20,000 nt of DNA from an uncultured virus (IMG/VR IMGVR_UViG_3300023108_000017) (Duplodnaviria; Heunggongvirae; Uroviricota; Caudoviricetes). Position numbers and translations under genes: made by a program. Shown piece by piece: positions 9,090 to 19,100 of the stretch. Location: the IMG/VR virus record IMGVR_UViG_3300023108_000017; one strand, 5' to 3'. The notes beneath the pieces are model-generated. The model was given only the letters and a program-made list of their open reading frames with translations, was not told where the DNA came from and searched no databases. Position 1 is the first letter of the stretch. The number at the start of each line of letters is the position of its first letter.

Positions 9090-12000
9090 TGTCAAATTGT
9101 TAAGAGTTCTTGCTTTGTGTAAAGCTTCTGTTAATGTTACTGTAATTCCATAAATACTTAAACTTGAATCGTAAGGCAGGCCAGAAGGATAAACAATGTC
9201 ATACTGAAGAAACATGTCTTCAATATCTTTGGACATAAATTTATTATCAAGCTCACTACTGTTTTGAGATTGATCGAAACTGCACCACTCCTCGCTATCT
9301 TCGTTAAATAAATCTTCAAAACTAAACTTGCTACTAATTTTGTTTATACATCCAGATGGAGCCAAATAATGAGTAGAACGATTAATCAGGCCAAGATTTT
9401 TGTATGGCTTTTCTGGATCATCCTTATTCTTGCTATATAAACTAACAATTAGTTTTGGGCCTATTTTACCATTGTTCCATATGATATCATTATATGTTAC
9501 GTGATCTATGACGGTATCGACAACAAAAGCTTCTTCGAACATAGAATACCCTCTAACAAATGAGTTTGATATTCTAGGACGAACGCCCTCCATAACACCG
9601 GGAGAAGCAAAAGATTCTGGTTTAGCAGAAAGAGGCAAACGCAACATATCATTTTCAATCTGAGTATGATAAGAGGTGGAAGTGTCCACGCTTTGCGGTA
9701 AAGAAAGGTTCGCATGTTGACTATAAGCAACTCCGTCGCTCTTTATTCTGTGTATAACATAATCTTTGCCAAATCTGCTGGTAAATCTATCAAAAGATGG
9801 TGAGAATTCACAGATATTAAAAGCTCCCAAATGCCACTCGTCTAAGTCTTTGTCTACATAAGACCACGAAGTATTGGTGTCCTGTAGATGGCTTTCAGAC
9901 TGAGACCAGTATTTGGTATGAATAGAATCTAAAAATGTATCTGGATTAAAAGAGAGTGGAACATCAATAACCTGAGTGCTTGGTGCAGAAATTGCAATAT
10001 CTGTAATAAATCCATTAAACCCAATATCCTCGCCATGACTAAACCCAAAAGTTAAATCACTCAAACTCTGAGTAATAACAAATGTGTCTGATTCTGCTCT
10101 AAGTCTGCTAAATCCATAAGAGTCCTTTTCGTTGTCTGTGTAAAGAACCAATTTACTGTCATTGTTATTATTATAGGTAACTAAGACAGATAAAGGGTAG
10201 GTATAATCAGAGTATGGAATAGAATCCTGAATAGAAATAATATTATTACTAGAGTCTGTCGCGTAAGCTGTTAAATATCCATTGTCATAACCGAGTGCTA
10301 ATTCCAAATTATTTCCTGTATCATGCTTTGAAAATATAATTCCAGAATTATACAAATTGTAGCCAATTCCGCTCATTGAAACGTCTGGACTAAATCTAAC
10401 AAAAATAGCACAGCCATCTGAAAGATCGATGGTGGGAAAAGAAATGTAACCAAGATCTCCAGACACCCTAATTGCGTTATCAAAAGAGTCGGCTATTTGT
10501 CCGTACAGTGGATCACTTTGATATCCATTAATACTTGTCCAGTCTATTGTGGTGTGACTAGTTTGATTATTAAAAAGAGAGTTAGAATTAAATCTTAGTC
10601 CGACGTTGTGAATCTTGTCATAGTTTCCAATATAAGAACCCTGAACTGTTACCAAGTCGTACATTTCTTCAGAAATAATATTATTTCCAACATCATCATT
10701 GAATGAGAAATATCCACCAAAAAATGGTTTAGCAAGCTGCGGGTTATAAAATGAAAAATCAAACTCATTGAAATCAAATGGACCAACAGCAACTAAACCG
10801 TCTGCGTTTCTCCACCTTCGGGAGTAATTTGTTTTTAAAGAGTTATCAAAACCGTAGCCGTGAGGAATATTGCTTAAAGAAGAAAGGGGCGCATAATCTA
10901 ATCCAGTATTAATTGGATTATCATCTTCTTTTCTAGACGAAGGAAAGAGTTTAGCGTCAGCGCTACCGACCTCTGCGCCTTTGTAGCCAAGAGTGTACAA
11001 AGGGATGGCGTTTGAGGGTTTATAAAAAGCAAGTAATGATATGTATGCTATAGAAGCACCGCTTGGGATTGGGCATAAATCCAAATGCAAGTGTTCGAAG
11101 AAAGAACTGATGTTAAAGTTTTGATTCTTATTTAAGATAGAGTTTTTGTAAATTTTTAAAGGTACAAGATATTCTTGAAAATCTGTTGATGTTACATGTG
11201 CAGAGCTAGACTGGTCTACCAAGTAATGATCTCCACCAGCGTTGTGTAAGTCAGACCGAACATAGAATTCATCTTTTTCAGAAAATGATTCTGAAGAAAT
11301 AGATAACTCGTCAGATCTAATAAAACCAGAAGCAAGTGGCTCACTTCCTGTCCCGCTTATGTTTTGTAAGAATCCTCCTACTCTAGAAGTGACAGCAAGG
11401 AAATTATCATCACTGTATCCCACAACATCTAGGTAAAAATCTTCTGTATTGTTTGCATCTTTTTTAGCAATGACCTTTAGGTATATATCATCTATTTCAA
11501 AGTAAGAATCAGTCTCCTGCACCGTTTTGTATCCGGCATAATCAAACTCTTTATTTTCTGAATTAAAGCCAATTTTAAAAGCGCCATTGATATATCTCTC
11601 TATTGGGCGCGGAGGTTCGTGAGAAAACTCTAGTATTAACTTTCCTGACTCAGAGATACTGGTGTGGTTTAATGTGATGTAATCTTTGGTGTCATAAGAC
11701 CTTAGAACGTTTCTTATACCAGAGCAGCCTTCCTCGCTATTATTATTAACGCTATTAATAGACTCCCAAGAATTATTGATTGTTTCTGGATAAATATTAT
11801 TTGTGTAATTATTTAGTTCAATATTACTGACTAATATCTCACGACTAAGCCTTTGACCGGAAGAGTCAACTTCTACTGACAAGGGTATAACATCAGAGGC
11901 AGAAAAACCAAAAGAGCTTCCAGAGTTTACTATCTCTATTGCGGTAATTCTAATGTGATCAGAAGGATTTATTTGATGAGATAGAGACTGAGAGCTAAGT

Positions 12001-13106
12001 GGGCCACCAGCGACAGAAAGGTGGTTGTTCTCAGAGGTGTTTGGAAAATTTGTTTCGCAAACCTTGTCTTCGTAACCCTGACTAAAGCCGTCGCTAAATG
12101 ACTTGTCTTCACAATAGATATCAAGTAAAAACTCTAACGTAAAATCTCCCCTTTGGGAAACTATCTGAGAACCATCTTGAGTGATTAAAATATCGCCACT
12201 CTGAGTTTTAATGCTTGTAGAGGTGTTATCAAAGGTGGGGAATAAGGGGTCGCTGAAAAGCCTTCTGGCGTTATTGATTTCTTCATCAACTATGTATGTA
12301 GAAAAATTTTTATTACTCAAGTCTTGATAATCAGCGTCTCCTTTTACTGTAACGTCCTTGTATTTAATAACTTCTTTTCCTCCAGTATCTCTAAGATAGA
12401 TTTCGTAAAGCTTGTAAGAAGGTGGAAAATTAGAAGCGTAGTTTTTTATTGGAGCAGCGGCCCGTATGTGCAAAAAGCTATGAGTGGGAACAGAAGAAGG
12501 AGTGTCTACCACGCATACGTACTTAAATGTTCCATTGGAGTAAATAGAAGATGGATGTATAAATGTTTCTTTCTCGTCAGAAACCAAAACACTATGACCA
12601 AAATTTTTGGTGGGATTTCCTAGATATATTCCTTCATTTACGCTTTCATAAAGTACAGTTTCTCGTTTTTCGTTTACGATAAAGTTACCATTATAATCAT
12701 TTGAAACATCGCCTATGGGATAAAGTTTTTCAACAGGTTGAAATTCTTGAAGTTTATCTTTAGTTGTTATGCTGGTATTAAGCTTATCCGCGTAAGGTAT
12801 TGAGATATTTGATCCACATTTAATATGTGACGAGTTTAAAAAAACTCCCGAAAGCTTGCCTCTAATGCTAGAGGATATTGCAGGTTTAGCAGAAGCAGCA
12901 AGCGTGTCTTTTCTAGTTGTCTTGAATTTTACAAGACTGTCTAGCTTAGACTTAAGATAGACATTCTTAGTGATATTGGCTTTTAGTGAACAATTAATTT
13001 TACAATTAGCTTTAGCCCTTTGACGTAAATTATCTTTAGCTAGAAGTTTAAAGCTCCCCCTAGCTTTCGAAGAATTATTATTAGATAATATAAAACATAC
13101 GTCCAT
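9087..13106 (-). CDS. 1339-aa virion/tail-associated protein with a LamG (concanavalin A-like lectin) domain
   Basis: Long ORF whose ATG overlaps the TMP stop (TAATG). It is Ser/Asn/Asp/aromatic-rich and beta-type. The segment at about 9987-10485 (DNAIRVSGDLGYISFP...CAIFVRFSP...IIFSKHD...LELALGYDNGYL...VLVTYN...KLVLYTD...DLTFG...GFNGFITDIAIS) follows the LamG/Laminin_G_3 pattern. Confidence 0.75.
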   Translation of the reverse strand: MDVCFILSNNNSSKARGSFKLLAKDNLRQRAKANCKINCSLKANITKNVYLKSKLDSLVKFKTTRKDTLAASAKPAISSSIRGKLSGVFLNSSHIKCGSNISIPYADKLNTSITTKDKLQEFQPVEKLYPIGDVSNDYNGNFIVNEKRETVLYESVNEGIYLGNPTKNFGHSVLVSDEKETFIHPSSIYSNGTFKYVCVVDTPSSVPTHSFLHIRAAAPIKNYASNFPPSYKLYEIYLRDTGGKEVIKYKDVTVKGDADYQDLSNKNFSTYIVDEEINNARRLFSDPLFPTFDNTSTSIKTQSGDILITQDGSQIVSQRGDFTLEFLLDIYCEDKSFSDGFSQGYEDKVCETNFPNTSENNHLSVAGGPLSSQSLSHQINPSDHIRITAIEIVNSGSSFGFSASDVIPLSVEVDSSGQRLSREILVSNIELNNYTNNIYPETINNSWESINSVNNNSEEGCSGIRNVLRSYDTKDYITLNHTSISESGKLILEFSHEPPRPIERYINGAFKIGFNSENKEFDYAGYKTVQETDSYFEIDDIYLKVIAKKDANNTEDFYLDVVGYSDDNFLAVTSRVGGFLQNISGTGSEPLASGFIRSDELSISSESFSEKDEFYVRSDLHNAGGDHYLVDQSSSAHVTSTDFQEYLVPLKIYKNSILNKNQNFNISSFFEHLHLDLCPIPSGASIAYISLLAFYKPSNAIPLYTLGYKGAEVGSADAKLFPSSRKEDDNPINTGLDYAPLSSLSNIPHGYGFDNSLKTNYSRRWRNADGLVAVGPFDFNEFDFSFYNPQLAKPFFGGYFSFNDDVGNNIISEEMYDLVTVQGSYIGNYDKIHNVGLRFNSNSLFNNQTSHTTIDWTSINGYQSDPLYGQIADSFDNAIRVSGDLGYISFPTIDLSDGCAIFVRFSPDVSMSGIGYNLYNSGIIFSKHDTGNNLELALGYDNGYLTAYATDSSNNIISIQDSIPYSDYTYPLSVLVTYNNNNDSKLVLYTDNEKDSYGFSRLRAESDTFVITQSLSDLTFGFSHGEDIGFNGFITDIAISAPSTQVIDVPLSFNPDTFLDSIHTKYWSQSESHLQDTNTSWSYVDKDLDEWHLGAFNICEFSPSFDRFTSRFGKDYVIHRIKSDGVAYSQHANLSLPQSVDTSTSYHTQIENDMLRLPLSAKPESFASPGVMEGVRPRISNSFVRGYSMFEEAFVVDTVIDHVTYNDIIWNNGKIGPKLIVSLYSKNKDDPEKPYKNLGLINRSTHYLAPSGCINKISSKFSFEDLFNEDSEEWCSFDQSQNSSELDNKFMSKDIEDMFLQYDIVYPSGLPYDSSLSIYGITVTLTEALHKARTLNNLT

Positions 13107-16100
13107 TACAAATTACTATTACTTTCTATTACTCTTCCGGCACTGTCTACCTTAAGGTTTCTTATTTTTTCGCTAACTATCTTCAACAAGCTAGACTTTA
13201 AGTCGCCAGTAAGAGTTTGCAGGAATGAGGTTCCAGTTAAATTGATGTTAATATTAGTTGGTTCTAACTTAACAGTAAATTTAGTTTGTTGTAGAGTGCT
13301 TATGCTTTGTAAAATCGTGTCGTTAAACTTGCTTAAAGCTGAAGTAAACTGATTCATAGAAGAAGTATCGAACCCAATAGCAGAATTATTGTTACTAGCT
13401 AGAGCTTGAGGGGAATTATTATTAGCAGAAGTATTATTTGAACCGTTTGTTGTATTCATGGCTTTAACAATATATTCAAACTGTTTAACGGCTGCGCCAA
13501 AATTAGAAACAGATTCTAATTGATTGCTGGTAAATGAAGTTAACGCTTGAGTGTCTAAACCAAGATTAGAAGCGGCCATATTACCAAGAGCCATAGCTGG
13601 ATTAAGGTTGGCAAGCTGCCGAATACCCACGCCCTGCGATTCATTTTCTTGGCTAGGCCTAACATAACCAGCAGTTGCAAATGAAGCAAAATCGCGAGCA
13701 TTGTTACTAAAAGCTTGAGCGACAGCTTGACCAATCGTTTGTGGGTCTTGCGTTGGTGGCGCTTGGTTTGCATTAACTGAAGCAGGTATCTGACTAGCAG
13801 CAGCTGCGGCGGCGGCAGCGATGTCGGCAGTAGAAGACGGGGGCGCAGGGGGCGTAGAACCCGCAGACGAGCTAGACCCAGAAGGGGGCGGTGGGGCAGA
13901 AACAGACCCAACCGGAGGAACGGGAGCAGGAGGAGGTGAAGATCCGGGTGGAGGCGTAGAAGTTCTTGCTGGAGGCTGTTGCTGTGGAGGCTGTTGCGGG
14001 TCTGGTTTTGGCAATGTTCTGTCTGCGTTTTCTTGAGATCTTTTAACAGCTGCTTCTTTTTGAATTTCAGCCGCTTGTCTTTGAGCTTCGGCTGCGGCCA
14101 TTTGCACCCGAGAAGAATTCATGGCCATGTCGCCAAACGCAGGCAAAGTTGCGGCTAATTGTTGTATTTCATTATTTGCCGATTGCTCTGCGGGTGTTTG
14201 TCCAACTGCTTTTTGAGCAACAAGAGCCGCTTGTGCTGGATCAAGACCGCGAGCTTCGGCGGTTGCGGCAGCTGCTCGTTCAAGCAAGCCTCCCGGCCCT
14301 TGAAGTTGCTGACCATTAACTTCCGTAACTCCAGCGGCTGCTTGTCTTTTTAGCTCCTCAAACGCGCTGTATAAAGTGTCTGCATCAAAATCAGCAACGT
14401 TGCCACCACCAGCAAGAGCGTCAATAGCTCCTTGGGACGCTTGGGCATCAAAAAAGCTATCTATATCACCAGCAAGCAAAGACTCCATTGATTGTTTTTC
14501 AAGTCTATTTTTTTCTTGAATAATTTTAACTTCTTGTCTTTTTATGTCAATAAGCTGCTTGGTTGAGTTGTATAGCTCTTGATTTTGTTGATTGATTTGA
14601 GATTCTTCGTTGGATAATGAAACGCCTCTTTCTCCAGAAAGTTTTGCTTCAGCGTTGGCATCACCTTGTGCTGCTTGAAGTCTAACGTTTTGTATTTCAG
14701 CCTGACGCTGTTTAAGCGCGTTTTGTTGAGCAACAATATCTTTAGCAGTAGCGCCACCAAGGTTGGCGCGACTAGAAAATTTATTACCAGTATTATACTG
14801 GTCAACAACCATCTCTCTTTGTTGTTGCGCCGTAAAAGCTGGACCCCCAGCTGAAGCTATAATTTCTCTAGATTCTTTTTGATAACCTTGTCTCTGTCTT
14901 GAAGCTGAAATAAAATCATTTTCAGCAGCTGCTCTTTTTTGCGCTGCATCACGAATAGTTTCTTGATACAGTTGCTCTGCTTCCATAATAGCTTTAGCTT
15001 GCTGTAACGTTTCATCTCCAAGCTGTTTGAATACTTCTTCAATTTGGCTAAAATCACCCTTTGCAATCTTGCTATAATCAATGTCCATTCCTCCAAGCAT
15101 ATCTCGGAGTTGATCTTCCATCTCTTTGCCAATACCAGAACCCTTGACGATTGTATCAAATAAACCTTCAAATTTTTGTTCATCATTTTTTAAACCAAGG
15201 CCGCTATCAGATCTATCTTTTAGTTGATTCCTGAAAGAATTTAAGCCAGCTTCTGCATTCGCTTGCGCTCTATTTATTGCATTTAAATTAGCTTCAAATT
15301 TATCAGCCTCTTTCGTTGCTCCAAATTCTCGTAAAGCTTTCGCTCCTTCTGAGGCTGCCTTTTGAAAAACCGCTGGGTCCATACCGGCAGCAGCTGATGT
15401 CACACCAGCTTGGAGAGTAGCAAAGCTTCTCATAACAGAAACATTGCCAGCCTCTTGAGCGGCAGCGTAATTGGACATAGCGTTGCTAAAAGCTCCCGCA
15501 GCTCCAGTTGCAGAATTTAGCCCAAGATTCATAGCGGCGAAATATTTTTGTTGCTTTTCAACTTCTTTGGCTAGATTTATAAGAGATTTTTCTAAAGCTT
15601 TGGCTTCATCAGAAAGCATTTTCGCTTCTTCTTCAAGCAGCTTTGCTGTTTCTGTGTCGCCTTCCTTGTTTGCCTTGATTGCCTTTTGTCTAACCTCTAT
15701 AGCTTCATCTCTAAGTTTTTGAGGGCCAGCATCTCCAAGTTTTTGTTTAACCTCATCTATATTTCCACCAGTAGAAAGTATGCTTCTAGCAGTAGCCATA
15801 CTTGCTTGGCTTTGAATACCTATTGCTTTCCTTCTTTGATTAATACTGTCTTGACTTCTTTTTTCGTTTTCGGCATCAATTTTTTCATTTCTTTGTCTAG
15901 CAGAATCAACATAGCCAAAACTAGCATACGACATAAATTCTCGACCATAGCTCAACGCGCCAGTAGACTTGCCTGCGGCGGCGGTTGATATAGCAGCTCT
16001 TTGAGCCTTAGAATTTTCTTCAGCTTGCTGAGTAAAAGATCGAACTTGTGCTAAAGCTTGACTGGCAGAAATAGTACCGTTCTCTAGATCTTTCATTGCT

Positions 16101-19100
16101 TCGGCTGAAGCTTTCTGAGCTTCTGTCAGGGCTTTGGCCGTTTTTGCACTAGATATTCTAGCCGCAACATCTGCCTTGATCGCAGCAGCGGAAGTGCCAC
16201 CAAAAGCAGTGCCTATGCTTGCTAGCGTATCTGTAACGAGAGATCCTGAAGATGATAAGCCGTCAAGAACAGCGGCGATACCGCCGATAGCGCCGCCCCA
16301 ATTTTGTTCAACTAAGGAGGCTGTAGCAAGTTTTTGTGCAGTGGCTGTGTCTTCGGCTTTAATAGCGTCTTGTAATCTGTTTTCTAAATCTCTAAAACCA
16401 GAAATAGCAGCTCCAGCAATTTTTACAGCGGTAACAAATGCGGTAATAGGACCAGCAGCAGCAGCTAAGGATGCTCCAAACGCACCAACCGCACCACCGC
16501 CTAGACCGCCCAACGCTCCAGCAGCCGAGCTACCAGCCCTCAAAGCCATGCCAGCGCCTCTGCCCACAATACCTCTTGATGCTCCAAGCTTTTTGCCAAG
16601 TTGTGCTAAAATGCCTTTGCCACCGACAGGTCGTAATGCTTTTCTTTGCAATGCAGACTGTTTTGAGAAACCCCCTTGTGCAATAGGATTTCTTTTTCTC
16701 ATCTCTACTAATTTTTTAGCTCTTGCGCTTCTAGCACTGCTACCTCTTTTATTTAAATCAAAATTTTCACCAAAACTTTCACCTTTAGTTCGAGTGCCGT
16801 CTTTTTGAAATCCACCAATCATGTTTCCTAAGCCACCCTTGCCGCGACCAGCAGCTTGCTTAAGAGAACCAAAAAATTCTTTGATGGACTTAGGAGCATG
16901 GCCAAACGATTTAAGAAACTTACCTACAGATTTAGCATTTAATTGGACACCAAAAGTTGCAAGCGCCGTTTGAGTCAAGGTTATTGTGCTAACTAAAGAG
17001 CCAAAAGAACTTAGAATGCTGGCTGTCATTTTCTCAAAAGTTCCACTGTTCTCATCAACTGTCGGAGTTAACATGCTTAACGCAACTTGCACTCCTACTA
17101 ATCCTTCTGTTAAACCTCCAAATCCCAAAAATCCACCACCACCACCTCCACCTGATTTACCACCCCCAGCAAATCTTTGGACTACGCCACCCTTGGCATA
17201 CTTGCCCACCTTGTTCATGCGGTTAAGTTTACCATAGCCAATTTGTTGGGCTTTCTTTTTGGGAAATACAAATTCTCCGGGGGTCAAAAGGGCGGGAACA
17301 GATTCGCTAACGCTTCCACCTGTGGCATATCCAGCCATTTTTTGCAAGTTACCAGCGCCAATGCTCTTAACACTACTTTTACGTATGACAAAATCACCAA
17401 CCCCAAGAGATGCGGGAACGGTATCCCCACTTCCAGAGCCGGGAACAATGCCTCCAGTAGCAAATTTTTGAAAGTCTTGTGGACCTAACAAGCCGCCCTT
17501 AATGCCAGCTACAATCTTATTAGCAATGGAGCTTTTACCAGACTGAACACTCTCAGTGCTAAGTGTACGTTTTGCGTCTAAAAGTCTCTCCCCGCTTAAG
17601 CCAGAACTAAATAGCTGTCCGACTCTTTTTTTTGCTCTTCCAGAGGGATTAACATAATCAAACGTCGCGCCAACGTCAGACAATTGTAATCCAGTTAATG
17701 CGGAGGTAAACGCCTCAAATATATACCCTTCTATGGAAGTTAAATCAATTTTGTTTACAGCCTTTTGAGCTGCTGATTTTTCGTCAATATCAAGTGGGCT
17801 AATTTCCAAAGCTGCCATAGATGAGGCGGCAGCGTTTTGCACGGCCTGTGTGATATTTGGTTTTAATTCGCTTCTTATGGCCTGTCCAGCTTCTGGTCTT
17901 AATTGGCCGGTGTATATGCTGGCTTTTAATCTCTTGGAGCCTTCTGCAAATCCCGGTAATTCTACGCCCTGAAGAGACTTATCTATTCCGCTCTGACCTC
18001 CAGAGCCTTTTTGTAAAAACAGCCCACCGACAACACCCGGCTTTAATTGTAAAGTTCCTCCAGCCCCGGCTTTGGCTTTTTCTCTTAAACGCTTTCTTTC
18101 TTCCGCAGCGGCAACCTGTGCTGAAGTCATTCCCATCCTATTTCGTGCGGGAGCAACCCCAGTACCTTTTGAGCCACCTGCAAACTTCTGAACAATCATA
18201 CCGCCCAAAGATCTAGCTTGCACAAGTTGCTGTCGCCTTGTTTTACTTAATCTTCTTCTGCCAGATTTTCCTTCTTTTGTGTAAGCGCTTTGTTCTTCTA
18301 GTCCACCCCTCAATACTTCAGCATCTTCCTTGGATAAAGACTTTGAAACAGCCGTGGTTAGGGCGTTTGGTAAAACTTTATTAACATCAAGATCAGTATC
18401 AAATTGTTCACTAGAACTAATAGCCGCAACTAAATTGCTTCTAATTTTTGATTGATTTTTAGGATTGTTAAGGAGTGAAAAAGCTTGAGATCCTGATCTG
18501 CCCTTAAAGCCATAAACTTTAGAGCCTTTGCCTTTACGTGTTAATGTTTCAAAAATATTATTGCTAGCATTCTTAATGTAAGACTCTAAAGCAGAACCCA
18601 TTGCGCCTATTTGGTTTTCTCTGTTGCTGGCCCAATCTAAATTCCAATTAGCAGGAAGATCCAAACCCATATTGGTATATACTTTTCTGAAACCCTTTGG
18701 CAAATTACTTGTCTGGCCACTGTCTAAATGGGTAAAGTGAGTTTGTGGGCTTGGTTTGATCGTAAATCCATCAGAAAGAATATCTTGCTTGTCCTTTGAT
18801 TTACTACCATCTGCTTGTCCACCCTTATTCATCTTCTTTAGATTCTTAGCGCCGATCTTCTGAACGCTACTCTTGCGCATAACAAACTCGCCGGGGGTAA
18901 GCATTGCTGGAACGGTATCTCTATTCCCAGATCCGGGAACCATGCCACCAGTTGCAAATGCGTGAACCTTACCGCCAGCGTTAAAGCCCTTGGCTCCACT
19001 CAAGCTTCCAGCCAAGCCGCCCAAAAAGCCACTCATTCCTTTTGCGAATTTAACAGCTGCTATAGCGCTAATGATGGGAAGAATTGGCTTAAGGGATTCA

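Noticed and set aside
16134..16808. 224-aa plus-strand ORF
   Set aside because: It is an in-register antisense shadow of the Ala/Gly-rich TMP segment, with no RBS or recognisable domain.
2052..18216. Other short ORFs in the track (plus-strand ORFs and the alternative-frame minus ORFs at 9506, 13555, 14542 and 14857)
   Set aside because: All lie inside long, motif-bearing CDSs and show no coherent protein features.
17465..18817. TMP inserts as inteins or mobile homing endonuclease elements
   Set aside because: No intein block motifs (N-terminal C/S with C-terminal HN-C/S/T) at the boundaries, and no intron-like frame break.
17411..18958. TMP repeat pair as a DGR template/variable repeat
   Set aside because: Six of nine mismatches have A on the coding strand of copy 1, but most mismatches are wobble positions and three are non-A. 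Both copies are coding, and no reverse transcriptase is in the window.
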